Shown: piece by piece, positions 18,975 to 30,702 of the stretch | Numbering within the stretch: position 1 is the stretch's first letter | How the letters are laid out: the number at the start of each line of letters is the position of its first letter | IMG/VR virus record: IMGVR_UViG_3300045988_140636 | DNA from: a virus | Reading direction: 5' to 3' (one strand) | DNA length: 64,000 nucleotides | Position numbers and translations under genes: made by a program | Notes under the pieces: model-generated | What the model saw: only the letters and a program-made list of their open reading frames with translations | What the model was told of the DNA's origin: nothing | The model's database searches: none

Positions 18975-21740
18975 ATGAATAAGAGATATCAAACTGGATA
19001 TATAAAGCAAAAACCTTATTCGCTTAATACTCCATCTTTTAATCTTGCAGATCTTAGACTAGAAGATATACCTGAAACACCTTCTATATTAAATTCTAAT
19101 GATTGGTTAAATAATATAGGGTCTATTGCAGGGGGGATTAGTGGAGTAATTGGGACATCTCTGCAGAATTCTAGAATAGGTGATACTCCTGATGTGGAAG
19201 ATCAAATAAATTCTGCTGCTAATTATAAGGTAGGAGCCTACTCTAATGAGTCACTACTTGATGAGTGGGGCAATTATAATCCATTAGATTATGTGACTTA
19301 CTCAGATATTAGAGGAGGAAACGTAGCTCAAAGAGGGTTAAATACTTTATCCTCGATAGGTTCTGGAGCAATGGGTGGAGCCTCTATTGGAGGCCCTATA
19401 GGAGCTATTGTAGGAGGAGTTGCAGGCCTTGGAAGTTCTATAGCTGGTTGGCTGACTGGAAATGCTAAGGCTAGAAGAAAAGTTAAAGAGTTAAATGATA
19501 AAATAGATGCGGCAAATAGACATGTACAGAGTTCATTTGTCAACTCAGCTAGATCTATAGATGAAATCAATGATATGAGCATATTATCTAATTATTCAGC
19601 TTATGGGGGTCCTATAAATATGAGATCATTCTCACCTATGTCTCCTTTTGGAAATAGATATAGTAAAGGAGGATCTATAAGAATTAAACCTAGTAAGAGA
19701 GGAACCTTCACAGCTGCTGCGAAGAAACATGGTAAATCAGTGCAGGCTTTTGCTTCTCAAGTATTAGCAAATAAGGAAAACTACTCTCCAGCTATGGTTA
19801 AGAAAGCTAACTTTGCTAGAAATGCAGCTAAATGGAAACATGCTGATGGAGGCCCCAATAAAGTATCTCCTCTAGGTAGAGCTACGTCTGTAGCCTACTT
19901 GTATGATTTAGAAAATCCACTAAGATATGATGTATCTCTCACAGATAATACTGCTAAATTATACGATGATAACACATTAGGAGCAGGAGTGGATATTAGA
20001 TATTATGGTAAGCCCTATAGAGGAAGATTACTTAGAGGAGAGCTTATACCATTAGATGAGGTAGACGAAACTGCTTATCAAGCTATTTCTGATTATGATA
20101 GAGCTTTGATGAAAGAGGCTAGTAAACACACAAACAGGCCTGATACTATAAGTCAAAGTCCTAGACTATATACTGCACAAGCTTCTTACCATTATGGTCC
20201 TTATTCTAAAGAAGATAGAAAGAAGCTAGGGAAAGCTTTAGCTACTGGAGATACAAGAACTATGGAGAAGATAGTTAGAGGTAAAGCTGAAGGTTGGGGA
20301 AGAAGGAAAGAAGCCATCAAATCACCTTATAGTATTAAACCTTCTTTTGAAGAATGGAAAAATGCTCTTCCTTCAAACTTAAGAAATACAGACCCTGCAT
20401 TTTATAACCTTAGGGGTGCATATGAGGGAGGATTAGAGCCTGTATTAGAGGAAGATGGCTATTATCATCTTGGCAGTAGAAACCCAATTACAGGAGAAAT
20501 ATTAAAGACTGCATTACATCCTACCTTTAATGATACGATTCTTGAGGAATCACTTAGAGGAAACTATCCAACATATAAAAATGGAAAGTGGTACACCTTA
20601 GATTGGGGGGATATTCTAGAGGGTAATAAAAGAGCTAAAGGAGGTCCTATAAACACTCATGGAGGAGTATTTGATAATGGTGTCACCATTGTAGGTAATG
20701 GTGGAACTCATGAGGAGAACCCATTAGAAGGTGTACAGATGGGTGTAGATGAACAGGGAATACCTAACCTAGTTGAAGAAGGAGAAGTAATATTTAACGA
20801 CTATGTATTTAGTAATAGAATAGAAGCTCCTAAGAATCTCAAAAAAAGATATAAATTTAAAGGAAAAACCTTTGCTGACGTAGCTAAATCTATTCAAAAG
20901 GAAAGTGAAGAAAGACCTAATGACCCTATTAGCAAAGCTGGACTAGATGTTAATATGGCTAGATTAGCAATGTCTCAGGAAGAGGTAAGAAATAGTAAGA
21001 TGAAAAAGAGAACTTCAAATAAATATGCTGGAGGAGGAGTATTGCCATATATGAGATATGCTCCAGCTGTAGGGGCTGGAATAAATGCTTTGACAGACCT
21101 TATTGGCTCAACAAATAAATATGACTATTCTAATGTAGATTTAATTCAAGATGTAATAGATAATCTACAGACTGTGAGTTATAAGCCTGTAGGAAATTAT
21201 CTTACATATAGACCTTTTGATAGAAATTTCTATATAAATAAACTTAATTCTCAAGCTTCTGCTACAAGAAGAGCAATAGAGGGATTATCTGGTGGAAATA
21301 GAGCAACTAAAATAGCAGGAATAGTAGCCTCTGATTATAATACACAGGGGAGACTAGGTGATTTAGCTAGACAAGCTGAGGAATATAACTTAGCTCAAAG
21401 AGAAAGAGTTGAAGCCTTTAATAGAGGAACTAACCAACTTAATTCTGAAATGGGTCTGAGAGCAGGTCAAATAAATAAACAGAATGATGAACTAAGACTT
21501 AAATCAGCTATTACTCAAGCTCAACTTAGAGATCAGATTGATTCTGCTGTATCTGCTGCTAGATCTGCTAACTTAAATAACTTCCTGGACTCTTTAGGGG
21601 ATATTGGAAGAGAAGAGACTATATTCAATTTAATAAATAGTAATCCAGGACTCAGATATGGATATACTGGCAGAACTGGAAATATAGGATATAAGACCAG
21701 ATCTAAAGGTGGTTATTTAACTATTAAAAGGAAGAAGTAA
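18975..21740 (+). CDS. large virion protein (~921 aa from ATG 18975; ORF track extends to 18879 through terminator/promoter, probably spurious), Gly-rich N-terminal region
   Basis: Long ORF; upstream 96 nt contain a terminator hairpin and promoter boxes so the real start is likely MNKRYQ at 18975. Confidence 0.45.
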   Translation: MNKRYQTGYIKQKPYSLNTPSFNLADLRLEDIPETPSILNSNDWLNNIGSIAGGISGVIGTSLQNSRIGDTPDVEDQINSAANYKVGAYSNESLLDEWGNYNPLDYVTYSDIRGGNVAQRGLNTLSSIGSGAMGGASIGGPIGAIVGGVAGLGSSIAGWLTGNAKARRKVKELNDKIDAANRHVQSSFVNSARSIDEINDMSILSNYSAYGGPINMRSFSPMSPFGNRYSKGGSIRIKPSKRGTFTAAAKKHGKSVQAFASQVLANKENYSPAMVKKANFARNAAKWKHADGGPNKVSPLGRATSVAYLYDLENPLRYDVSLTDNTAKLYDDNTLGAGVDIRYYGKPYRGRLLRGELIPLDEVDETAYQAISDYDRALMKEASKHTNRPDTISQSPRLYTAQASYHYGPYSKEDRKKLGKALATGDTRTMEKIVRGKAEGWGRRKEAIKSPYSIKPSFEEWKNALPSNLRNTDPAFYNLRGAYEGGLEPVLEEDGYYHLGSRNPITGEILKTALHPTFNDTILEESLRGNYPTYKNGKWYTLDWGDILEGNKRAKGGPINTHGGVFDNGVTIVGNGGTHEENPLEGVQMGVDEQGIPNLVEEGEVIFNDYVFSNRIEAPKNLKKRYKFKGKTFADVAKSIQKESEERPNDPISKAGLDVNMARLAMSQEEVRNSKMKKRTSNKYAGGGVLPYMRYAPAVGAGINALTDLIGSTNKYDYSNVDLIQDVIDNLQTVSYKPVGNYLTYRPFDRNFYINKLNSQASATRRAIEGLSGGNRATKIAGIVASDYNTQGRLGDLARQAEEYNLAQRERVEAFNRGTNQLNSEMGLRAGQINKQNDELRLKSAITQAQLRDQIDSAVSAARSANLNNFLDSLGDIGREETIFNLINSNPGLRYGYTGRTGNIGYKTRSKGGYLTIKRKK

Positions 21741-21741
21741 T

Positions 21742-23457
21742 ATGGCAAGATATGTAATAACCGGTAGTAAATTCAAACCCTTTTCTTATGCTGAATTAAT
21801 ACAACCTATACAGCTTGCTGAAGCTGCTCACCAAGCTGTAGAAGATCAGTATAATGAATTGTCTACTAAGGCTAATGTATGGGAAAATATAGCTAGTGAA
21901 CAGGATTCTCCATACACATACAATATGTATAAGACCTATGCAGATGACTTAAAATACCAGGCTGACCAGCTAGCTACTTCAGGTCTTACTCCTGCTTCCA
22001 GACAAGGTTTGAATAATATGAGAACTAGATATAGTCAGCAGATAGTACCTATCGAGCAAGGGTATGCAGCTAAAGTAAGAGATATAGAAGCTCAGAAACA
22101 AGCTAAGTTAAAGGATAACACTTTGATGTTTGATAGAGAAGCAGCCTTTACTAATCTAGATGATTACGTAAGAAATCCTAACTTAAGTTACACTGCTTAT
22201 TCAGGACAGACTATAGCATCTCAAACTTCTCAAATGGCCAGAAATTTAGCTAAGGAGTTAAAAGAATATAAGAAAGGTAAACCTATCGATGCTTATACTA
22301 ACACCTTCCTGACTAAATATAATGTATCTTCTGATGATGTTCTATATGCAATAGAACATCCTAATGACAAAAGAAGTAATAAAGCATTAAGAGCTATAAT
22401 GGATGCAGCTGTAAATGCTTCTCCTATTCCTTCTTGGGGAGATATGGATACATTAGATAGAGCTCACCAGTATGCAGGAATGGGATTATGGGATGCTATT
22501 GGAGAGGGAAGAGTAACACCTATAGAGAATTATGGAGCAAGACTAGCTGCTAGACAAGCTGCTAGAAGCTCTTCTTCAGCAACAGTTCCTAGAGTACCAT
22601 GGAGAGCCATACCTATAACTAGAACTAATGAACAAATAAGGAATACTACTCAAATGAAGAGTGATGCTGAATTTCTAAGAGAGTTAGCAAGTAATCCATC
22701 AAAAGCTCTTGATGTTCAAAAGACCTATTACCCTGGGGTAAAAGGTAGAGGAGAGCCAGGTAGTGCTGATATTAATATTGCTCCAGTATATGTTGTAGCA
22801 CAATCTTATATGAAGAGACTTTCCGATATAAGTAAAAAATATGGTATAAACATTAACTTTAGTGTAGGAGATAACGGAAATAATTCTACAGAAGGGTTAA
22901 TTAAAGCAGCAGAAGAATTAGAATCTAGAATAAGAAAGAGTGCTATAAGAAGTACAGGCTATGCTCTTACAAACACGAACTTTGATTTAGGGTCTAGAAT
23001 ACTAGCAGAGAATATCAGATCCAGAAGTCAAAGAGCAAATGATGACACTGGAGCATTTGAAATAGAGGATGGAAAAGTAAAAAGTAAACCTTCTAAGTTA
23101 GAAGACGTAATTGGTTATATTAATAAAGATGCACAGATTGAGTTTGATCCTTCATTGGGTGTGGTGCTTAGAGGAAGCATTCAAGATGGTAAAACATATA
23201 AGACTAAATCATTCCTTCTTGACCCAGAAGTAATAGCTGGAGAATCTATAAATGTTGGAGGGAGAATCTATAATAGATATCAATACCTTATAGATTTAAT
23301 TAATGTGAGTATGGAGAATAATGATGTAGAAGCTGCTACTGCTATATCTACTAGATTAATGGAAGATTTAGATAGTTACTTTAATTCTATAGCAAAGACA
23401 CAAGGAAATACTATGTCAGCAAAAGAAGAGGAAGCAGCTTCTTATTATAGAAATTAA
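21742..23457 (+). CDS. virion protein (571 aa), function unknown
   Basis: ORF starting 2 nt after previous stop. Confidence 0.4.
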   Translation: MARYVITGSKFKPFSYAELIQPIQLAEAAHQAVEDQYNELSTKANVWENIASEQDSPYTYNMYKTYADDLKYQADQLATSGLTPASRQGLNNMRTRYSQQIVPIEQGYAAKVRDIEAQKQAKLKDNTLMFDREAAFTNLDDYVRNPNLSYTAYSGQTIASQTSQMARNLAKELKEYKKGKPIDAYTNTFLTKYNVSSDDVLYAIEHPNDKRSNKALRAIMDAAVNASPIPSWGDMDTLDRAHQYAGMGLWDAIGEGRVTPIENYGARLAARQAARSSSSATVPRVPWRAIPITRTNEQIRNTTQMKSDAEFLRELASNPSKALDVQKTYYPGVKGRGEPGSADINIAPVYVVAQSYMKRLSDISKKYGININFSVGDNGNNSTEGLIKAAEELESRIRKSAIRSTGYALTNTNFDLGSRILAENIRSRSQRANDDTGAFEIEDGKVKSKPSKLEDVIGYINKDAQIEFDPSLGVVLRGSIQDGKTYKTKSFLLDPEVIAGESINVGGRIYNRYQYLIDLINVSMENNDVEAATAISTRLMEDLDSYFNSIAKTQGNTMSAKEEEAASYYRN

Positions 23458-23468
23458 AATTAATCATA

Positions 23469-26400
23469 ATGGCAAATGGAATAAATGATCCTTCTAAAAG
23501 GGGAATTTCTGGATTAAAAGGTTTAAATACCACTGAAGGGATAAATAGATATCTAGATGAACTTGGATATAGTAGGAGTATACCAGAATATAAAATGAGA
23601 AAGGCTGCATCTCCAGAACCTATAATTCAAGAGGTTGGAGAGGTAGGAGTAGGAGATTCTTATTTCGATAGAGGTATAACTTCTCTTACTCAATTACAAG
23701 ATTTAGAAAATACCAGGGGAGAGTTACAACCCTGGTATTCTCAAATATCAAATGGTTTAGCTAAAGGTGCAGTTCTAGCAGGTACTACATTCTTAAATGG
23801 TACTCTTGGATTATTGTTTGGTGCTGAAACAGCTATAGAGGAAGGAAGATGGTCAGGACTATGGGATAATCCCTTTGATAAAGCATTACAGTCAGTTAAT
23901 GAGTGGGCTGAAGAAGCCCTTCCCAATTACTACACCAGAGAAGAGCAAGAAGGCCCTTGGTATGATAATATATTTACTGCCAACTTTATAGGGGACAAGT
24001 TTATAAAAAACCTAGGATTTGCAGTAGGAGCTTTTTATGGAGGTAGTCTCATCTCTAAGACCTTGAAATTAACTAGGCTACCTCAAATAATAGGTACTAT
24101 AACAAAGAGCTCAAAAGCTCCAAAGCTTGTAACATCTGGAGTAGGAGTTGTAGCATCTGCTGTTAATGAAAGTATAATGGAAGCATTAAATAATTCAACT
24201 GATTGGTTTAATTTACAGAAAGCACAGATCGATGATGATTATACTAGTAGATTAGATGCTATAGGTCAATCTTATGTGAGAGGAGAAAATGGTACTATTA
24301 CTTTAACTGGGAATATAAAAGAATTTAGTCTAGCTCTACAAGAGGCTCATTCATCGTCTATCAGTAGATTAACTGAAGATAGATTGAAGATGGGTAATAT
24401 GGATCTATTGATGAACCTACCAATACTTACAGCTTCTAATATTATCCAGTTCGGTAAGATGTATGCTAATGGATTTAAGACAGCAAGAAAGGCAACTAAC
24501 ATAGTTGGAGAAGCTGGAGAATATACTACTAAAAGAACTATAGGTAGAGGGGTAGCTAAATCTACTATGGTAGCCCTCTCTGAAGGTCTTGAAGAGATTT
24601 CACAAGCAGCAGCAAGTAGAATATCTGGTAATTATTATGAAGATGATGTAAACAATTTCTATAAAGCTAAAATAGATCCGCAAGCTGAACAAGAGACATT
24701 AAGTTGGATAAAATCCTCTGCTCAAGGAATTAATGAAACAGTGAATGATGGATCATCTTGGGAAGAATTTTTTATAGGTACTCTTACTGGAGCTCTTGGC
24801 ATTCCTAAATTCAGAGGAGTGAGAAGTAGTGATGGTAGATTACAGTCTCCTATTACTCTTGAGGGAGGAATCCATGGTAGATTTAGGGAGTATATGGATA
24901 AGATAAACAGAGAGACTGAAATAGTTAATTATATGAACAATAGAGTTCAGTCTCCTGAATTCAAGAATTATTACCAAGGGCTCATTAGACATAATAAATA
25001 TCAAACTGATATGAACCAGGCTGTAGAAGAGAATAATGAGTTTGAGTTCAAAAATGCTGAATATGCTCAGTTAGTTTCTGATATTGCGATGTTTGATAAT
25101 GCGGGAAAACTTGAGGATTTAACTACTCTAATTAATGCCGCCTATGATACCTCTGATGAAAACCTTGCATCTATAGTTGAAAATACTACTTCCACTATAA
25201 CTGATGAAAGTGGTAAAGAAGTTAAAGTTGGTCCATTTATTGACAGAAATGGTAATCCCATGTATAGTACTCCAGAAGGAAAGCAGGAAATGATAGATAA
25301 GCTGACTCAAACAAAAGATGAGATGCTTAATACTATCACAAACTATACTAAGATTAAAGATGATATTGATGTAAGAACAGGACAACAGTTAAATGATGAA
25401 CAGCTTGAAGAATTAACATGGCTAAAAGCTCAAATTGGTAATTGGCAGGATAGGGCTAATCAACTTTCAAGTGAGATTAAACCTACTATAGGTACTATAT
25501 TAGGAAGTATGTCTCAGCTTGCTAATATGTATAATTCAGTTAAGACTGAGGAAGGTAGAGCTCATGCAGGATTAACTGATTTGTATAATTCTGCTGATAA
25601 GAATGAAAGGCAGATAAGAAAGAACATGTCTATCCTTGAGACTGTAAGAAATCTTGATGATAAAACCTTTACTTATCTTTTATCAAAAGATCCTAAGTTA
25701 GTAGAAGGAATCAAGTCAGTAGTAGAAAGTCCTCTTAGTGGTGTAGCTGCTGATGATGCACAAGTATTCAATGAAAAGATTGATGATATTGTGAAGTTAG
25801 TAAATGCAACTGCTAATTATAATACTAAACTAAAGGAGTATCTTGAGAATCCTACTAAACTTCAAGAAGACATAGTATCCTCTACTGAGGAGGTTGCTAA
25901 GAAGAAATCTAAGAGAAAATCTGATAATCTAAAGAGTAAGTTACTTTCAGCTACTAATTTATCTGAGTTTAGGCAGGCTCTTAATGAGGAAGAAGATATT
26001 GCTATAAAAGAAGAAACACTTAAATCTCTTGAGGATGAAGGTAATGAGATGTCTAAGAATTATGAAGAAACAAACTCATATAATACAGAAGTACAAAGAG
26101 TAATTAATTCTCTCAATGAAAGTCCAGATGTTAAAATGGATGCTCTTAAACTTCTTCAAGACCAATTTGAGAACTCTTCTAATTTAGAAGAGATAGCAAA
26201 TCCTAACTCTATATATATTGATAACTCGTATGCTTTATATGATGACAATTTAACTCTTGAGGAGAATACTATTAAATTTCAAGAGGCTCAATATGCTCTT
26301 CTCAGAGCAATGAATCAAGTCAATAATGAAAATAGATTTAAAAATAGATTCTCACAAGATTATAGAACATTAAGGGAAAAAGGTAAACCAAATCCTTCAG

Positions 26401-29400
26401 CTCCTACAAAAGACACTACAGGAGATAGTGAAACCTCTACTATTCCTTCAGTTGATACTGGAGGGTTTCCTGTTACTACTTATGAGCCTCCTGCAGGTAA
26501 TATAACTTCAACTCAAGTAAGAGATGAGAATAAGGAAACTAATGACAGAATAGAGACTCCACAATCACTTGATAGTAAACAAAAGGGTAAAAGGCCTTAT
26601 TATAGACCTTCAATACCTGAACTGCATATTCAAGCAAGCAAGGAGGGAGATTTTAGACCATTCAATATAGTAGCTGCTGAAAGGGAGCATGGGGTAAATT
26701 TTGATGAGTTATATAACTATCTAAAAGGTAATGGTGCATTTACTTATGTGAATGAGAGTAATCTAAAGGTAGGTGATGAGCTTGGATTTATGATTGACCC
26801 TGAATTCAATGACCATACAATTTTCATTGTAGATAGAAGAAACAATCAGATTGTAGGTAGTCTTGACGAATCTGACTATTCAGTAAGTAGATATGAAGGT
26901 CTTGCTGGTCTTGAAGAGAAGATAAAAGCTGAATTTACACAAAGAGGTGATAAAACTAAGAAATTCATTGCTACTCCTACCACAAGAGTATCACAAATAA
27001 TGGTAGGTAGAATACCTTATAGTACTGAGGAAAGAAGCTTGGCTAATATACCTAATGTATTAGGGGAAGGTAGAGAACCTATCTTTGGTATAATCAAGAA
27101 TGGTACTCTTTCTACTAATGGTAAAATAGATGATAGTCTTATTATCAAACCAGTAGATATGGCTCAAAAAGAGGGTAGAATGTATCTACTTATTCCTAAT
27201 GCTGCTGGTAAATATTCACCTGCTGCTTTAAGAGTGAAGCACTTCAATAAAACTGAATTCAATCCTGATGATATTGAAATACAAAGCGCACAGATGTATA
27301 AAAATATACAGGAGTCTATTGAAGCACTTGCTAATTCATTGAGTGAAGATGACTTAAATAATGCAGTAAAGTCTCTTTCAACTAACCTTTACACTGGAGA
27401 TTTGCATATTGATTGGTTTACATCAGATGCAGGTAATGGTATTAGATTTACTAAAGTACAAAGAGATGCTCAAGGTAATGAGATATATGAAGAGAAAGAT
27501 GGTAAAAGGATAAGGAAGGAGACTGTAAAAACAGTATTCTTGACTGAAAAATGGGACCAAAATACTCTATATTCTATTATAGGAGATAAGGAGATACAGA
27601 CAGGACCTGCTTTAAAAAATATTGATGATATCTCGAAGGAAATAAGGGAAATTCTTCTTGACTTCAATTTACTTCTTCAAGTGAATCTAGGTATGTTGAA
27701 TAAAGGTGGGTACAATAATATGCTTATCAATTCTAATGTACTTACATCAAATATCTCAGATGCAAGGGTAATAAGTAGTTGGTTTACTACTGATTACTTT
27801 GATATAGAGGGTAACCTACATCAAGCTATAAGTCCTGCATCCATATCTCCAGATACTACAAGGAAGATAGAAACCCCTGTAGGTGGAACTGAAGGTGTTA
27901 TCACAGGTACTAAGGTGGTTATTGATGGTGTTACTTATGGAGTAGACTTAACTACTGGTATTATATACGATAGTAATAATCAGAGAATATATCCTGAAAA
28001 TGCTCAATTAATCAGTGACTTAGCTTGGGCAAATGCTAACTTTGGTGATGCTACCAATGGCTCTTTGATATGGAATAACAAAATTCTATTACCAAGTGGT
28101 CAGGTATTGGATAGAGGAACCCAAAAATATTTAACAGGTGAAAATGCTCAGAAGGTTAAAGATAAGATTGCTGGAAGAGAAAGAACTGTAGGAGATAGTA
28201 AGAAAGTCATAGCACAAATAGCTGAGAACCAAAAGAAAGTAGATAAGGCAAGAACTGATAGTGAATTCTACTATATACTTGAGGAAGATGGCCAGTATCA
28301 TGCATATGAAAGAGTACATAATAGATTAGGAAGTAATTGGGTTGAGTCAAAGAAACAGTCTGATTCTCTCAAAGATATAAGAGTAAAATTATCTCAATTA
28401 TCAGATAATGTTACTCAGTATAATAACTATTTGAAGTATTTAGGTAATCACTGGAAAGTTGATTTAAGTGCTTTTAGTGGGAAGATTGATGTAAGAAATA
28501 GAGATACTATTGTAAACATTATAAGGGATAGTATGTCTGAAACTAAGTCACAGAGAGCTCTAAATGCTGGCACTGCCGTAGATAGTGTAATCAGGAACTT
28601 CTTTACATCGAATGATACCCCTATAAGACCTGATAATATGAATGAGAAAGCCTTTGCAGACTTAATTTCTTCACTTACAGAAATTAGATCTAATATTGAA
28701 TCAAGAGGTGAGAGATTTTTAACTAATAATATTGTACTATTTCAAAAGTATGCTGATGGAACAAGAGTTGCAGGAGAAGTTGATATTCTTTCAGTTGATG
28801 CAGATGGAAATTTTAGAATATATGATGTAAAAACAAGTAGGTATAGTTTTTATGACTTTATAGATAGATATGGTAACAAAGTAAATTACTTTACTAATCC
28901 ATCAGCCACTCAAAGAATAAGTACTAGAGACTATTATACTCTACAATTATCTGCATACAAAAATCTATTTGAGTCTCAGTATCATGCTCCTGTTACAACA
29001 CTTGCTATTTTACCATTTGTTACTAGCTATAATAAGGATATTGTTGAGGGAGTAACAAAGGAGAAGGGTATAATAATTACTTATAATCCTAGTGTTAATG
29101 TGCCATTAGTAGGTGCTGTAAAAGCAAGTGAGCCTACTTCTACTAATTCAACAGTACCAGTCTTTAATAGTGCTCTTGAAACACAAGATCCTATTAATAA
29201 TGTACTTCCTGAATATAGTCTTGAGGATAGCAAAGTAGGCTATTTCGTAAGAGATAGTAAGTTGCATAAGAGCTACTTAACTCCTATTGGTAAAGTGAAT
29301 GGTGTTGATGTGTATATGGCTAAGATACCTAATATAACTAAGGGATTTGGTAGACAGGGTGAAGAAGCTCATGTTGCAAGTAATTCATATATGGCGATAT

Positions 29401-30632
29401 TTCCTAATGGTAATTCAATTACTCTTATTAAGAATGACCCAATGACTCTTACTGAACAGCAAGCTAAGGATACTATCAGGAAGATACTTAATGGTAATCC
29501 TCAGAGAGTGCTAGATATATCAAATGAGAAAACTCTTATATTCGATCCTTCATCTGCTCCTGCAGTTGAAGTACCTAAACCTGAGACTCCTGCTAATATA
29601 TTATCCACCTCTACTGAGTCTGGAGCAGCTAAAACAGCACAAGCTGAACAAACAGTAAACAATAGAAAGGCTTCTAGAACTAGACATAAGTTAAGAGAAG
29701 TAGATAATAAAACAAGAGATGTTTGGAATCAAGAAAAGGAACTTGCATGGGTAAGAAAGATACTTCCTCAATTATCAGAAGATAATAGAATAAGAGTGGT
29801 AAAAGGTCTCATTAGAGTTGGTAGCCAAGGAACTTTAGCTTGGGGGCAATTTAACAATGGTATAGTTACTCTATCTGATATAGCTGCAGAAGGAACTGTC
29901 TATCATGAAGCATTCCATGTTGTCTTCAACCTCCTTCTGGACCAAACAGAAAGGCAAGGATTATTAGCTGAGGCTAGAGAAATGTACGGAGATAAATCTG
30001 AGTTAGATCTTGAAGAAGATATGGCAGAAGGCTTCAGAGAATATATGCAAACTAGACAAGCTAAAGGGCTTTTTGATAGGATAAAAAATTTCTTCAGAGA
30101 CCTATATGTAAAAGTAACAAATTGGAATAGGGTACAGCCACATCTTATTGCTTATTATCAGATGATAAATGAGGGCAAATATGCTGGAGATAACCTTAAT
30201 ATTTTCTCAATTAATCAATCTAGGAATAGAATAGTGTCTCCAGAAGAGCTAGAAAAAGCATTGAATGATGAATTCAAGAAGGCTAATGAAGAATTAAGAA
30301 AACTCAATTATAAAACTTATTATACTGTAGATGCAGCAATGAGAGCCTTTCGTAATAGTAATATAAGAGAAGCATTTTTATATAGAATTACTAGAGAAGG
30401 AGCCAATAATGCTGTAGGTCATAAGATTCAACTATTAACTGTCCCAATGTTTAATAGATATAAGGAAAGAGAATTGAACAGACTTAGAAAATCTACAGGA
30501 ATTGAGTTGTTATTTGATTCTTTAGATTCAGATATTCAAATGCAGTTACTTAATAAGGGATGGACTAAAGAGCAATTTGACTCTATCTCTATAGCCGAGA
30601 GAGATCAAGCTATTGCATGTCTAGCCATCTGA
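23469..30632 (+). CDS. giant virion protein (2387 aa) with C-terminal HExxH zinc-metallopeptidase-like motif (VYHEAFHVVFN)
   Basis: Single 7.2 kb ORF; HEAFH motif near aa ~2150; followed by bidirectional terminator. Confidence 0.5.
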   Translation: MANGINDPSKRGISGLKGLNTTEGINRYLDELGYSRSIPEYKMRKAASPEPIIQEVGEVGVGDSYFDRGITSLTQLQDLENTRGELQPWYSQISNGLAKGAVLAGTTFLNGTLGLLFGAETAIEEGRWSGLWDNPFDKALQSVNEWAEEALPNYYTREEQEGPWYDNIFTANFIGDKFIKNLGFAVGAFYGGSLISKTLKLTRLPQIIGTITKSSKAPKLVTSGVGVVASAVNESIMEALNNSTDWFNLQKAQIDDDYTSRLDAIGQSYVRGENGTITLTGNIKEFSLALQEAHSSSISRLTEDRLKMGNMDLLMNLPILTASNIIQFGKMYANGFKTARKATNIVGEAGEYTTKRTIGRGVAKSTMVALSEGLEEISQAAASRISGNYYEDDVNNFYKAKIDPQAEQETLSWIKSSAQGINETVNDGSSWEEFFIGTLTGALGIPKFRGVRSSDGRLQSPITLEGGIHGRFREYMDKINRETEIVNYMNNRVQSPEFKNYYQGLIRHNKYQTDMNQAVEENNEFEFKNAEYAQLVSDIAMFDNAGKLEDLTTLINAAYDTSDENLASIVENTTSTITDESGKEVKVGPFIDRNGNPMYSTPEGKQEMIDKLTQTKDEMLNTITNYTKIKDDIDVRTGQQLNDEQLEELTWLKAQIGNWQDRANQLSSEIKPTIGTILGSMSQLANMYNSVKTEEGRAHAGLTDLYNSADKNERQIRKNMSILETVRNLDDKTFTYLLSKDPKLVEGIKSVVESPLSGVAADDAQVFNEKIDDIVKLVNATANYNTKLKEYLENPTKLQEDIVSSTEEVAKKKSKRKSDNLKSKLLSATNLSEFRQALNEEEDIAIKEETLKSLEDEGNEMSKNYEETNSYNTEVQRVINSLNESPDVKMDALKLLQDQFENSSNLEEIANPNSIYIDNSYALYDDNLTLEENTIKFQEAQYALLRAMNQVNNENRFKNRFSQDYRTLREKGKPNPSAPTKDTTGDSETSTIPSVDTGGFPVTTYEPPAGNITSTQVRDENKETNDRIETPQSLDSKQKGKRPYYRPSIPELHIQASKEGDFRPFNIVAAEREHGVNFDELYNYLKGNGAFTYVNESNLKVGDELGFMIDPEFNDHTIFIVDRRNNQIVGSLDESDYSVSRYEGLAGLEEKIKAEFTQRGDKTKKFIATPTTRVSQIMVGRIPYSTEERSLANIPNVLGEGREPIFGIIKNGTLSTNGKIDDSLIIKPVDMAQKEGRMYLLIPNAAGKYSPAALRVKHFNKTEFNPDDIEIQSAQMYKNIQESIEALANSLSEDDLNNAVKSLSTNLYTGDLHIDWFTSDAGNGIRFTKVQRDAQGNEIYEEKDGKRIRKETVKTVFLTEKWDQNTLYSIIGDKEIQTGPALKNIDDISKEIREILLDFNLLLQVNLGMLNKGGYNNMLINSNVLTSNISDARVISSWFTTDYFDIEGNLHQAISPASISPDTTRKIETPVGGTEGVITGTKVVIDGVTYGVDLTTGIIYDSNNQRIYPENAQLISDLAWANANFGDATNGSLIWNNKILLPSGQVLDRGTQKYLTGENAQKVKDKIAGRERTVGDSKKVIAQIAENQKKVDKARTDSEFYYILEEDGQYHAYERVHNRLGSNWVESKKQSDSLKDIRVKLSQLSDNVTQYNNYLKYLGNHWKVDLSAFSGKIDVRNRDTIVNIIRDSMSETKSQRALNAGTAVDSVIRNFFTSNDTPIRPDNMNEKAFADLISSLTEIRSNIESRGERFLTNNIVLFQKYADGTRVAGEVDILSVDADGNFRIYDVKTSRYSFYDFIDRYGNKVNYFTNPSATQRISTRDYYTLQLSAYKNLFESQYHAPVTTLAILPFVTSYNKDIVEGVTKEKGIIITYNPSVNVPLVGAVKASEPTSTNSTVPVFNSALETQDPINNVLPEYSLEDSKVGYFVRDSKLHKSYLTPIGKVNGVDVYMAKIPNITKGFGRQGEEAHVASNSYMAIFPNGNSITLIKNDPMTLTEQQAKDTIRKILNGNPQRVLDISNEKTLIFDPSSAPAVEVPKPETPANILSTSTESGAAKTAQAEQTVNNRKASRTRHKLREVDNKTRDVWNQEKELAWVRKILPQLSEDNRIRVVKGLIRVGSQGTLAWGQFNNGIVTLSDIAAEGTVYHEAFHVVFNLLLDQTERQGLLAEAREMYGDKSELDLEEDMAEGFREYMQTRQAKGLFDRIKNFFRDLYVKVTNWNRVQPHLIAYYQMINEGKYAGDNLNIFSINQSRNRIVSPEELEKALNDEFKKANEELRKLNYKTYYTVDAAMRAFRNSNIREAFLYRITREGANNAVGHKIQLLTVPMFNRYKERELNRLRKSTGIELLFDSLDSDIQMQLLNKGWTKEQFDSISIAERDQAIACLAI

Positions 30633-30664
30633 ACATTATGGTGAAATTTTTTATTAGGGAGAAA

Positions 30665-30702
30665 GCAAAAAAAAAGGAGGAATATTGTTCCTCCTTTTTT
30701 TA
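30665..30702. terminator. bidirectional intrinsic terminator between convergent genes (A-run, aggaggaa tattg ttcctcct, T-run)
   Basis: 8-bp stem flanked by aaaaaaaaa and ttttttt; sits between + gene end 30632 and - gene end 30731. Confidence 0.65.
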
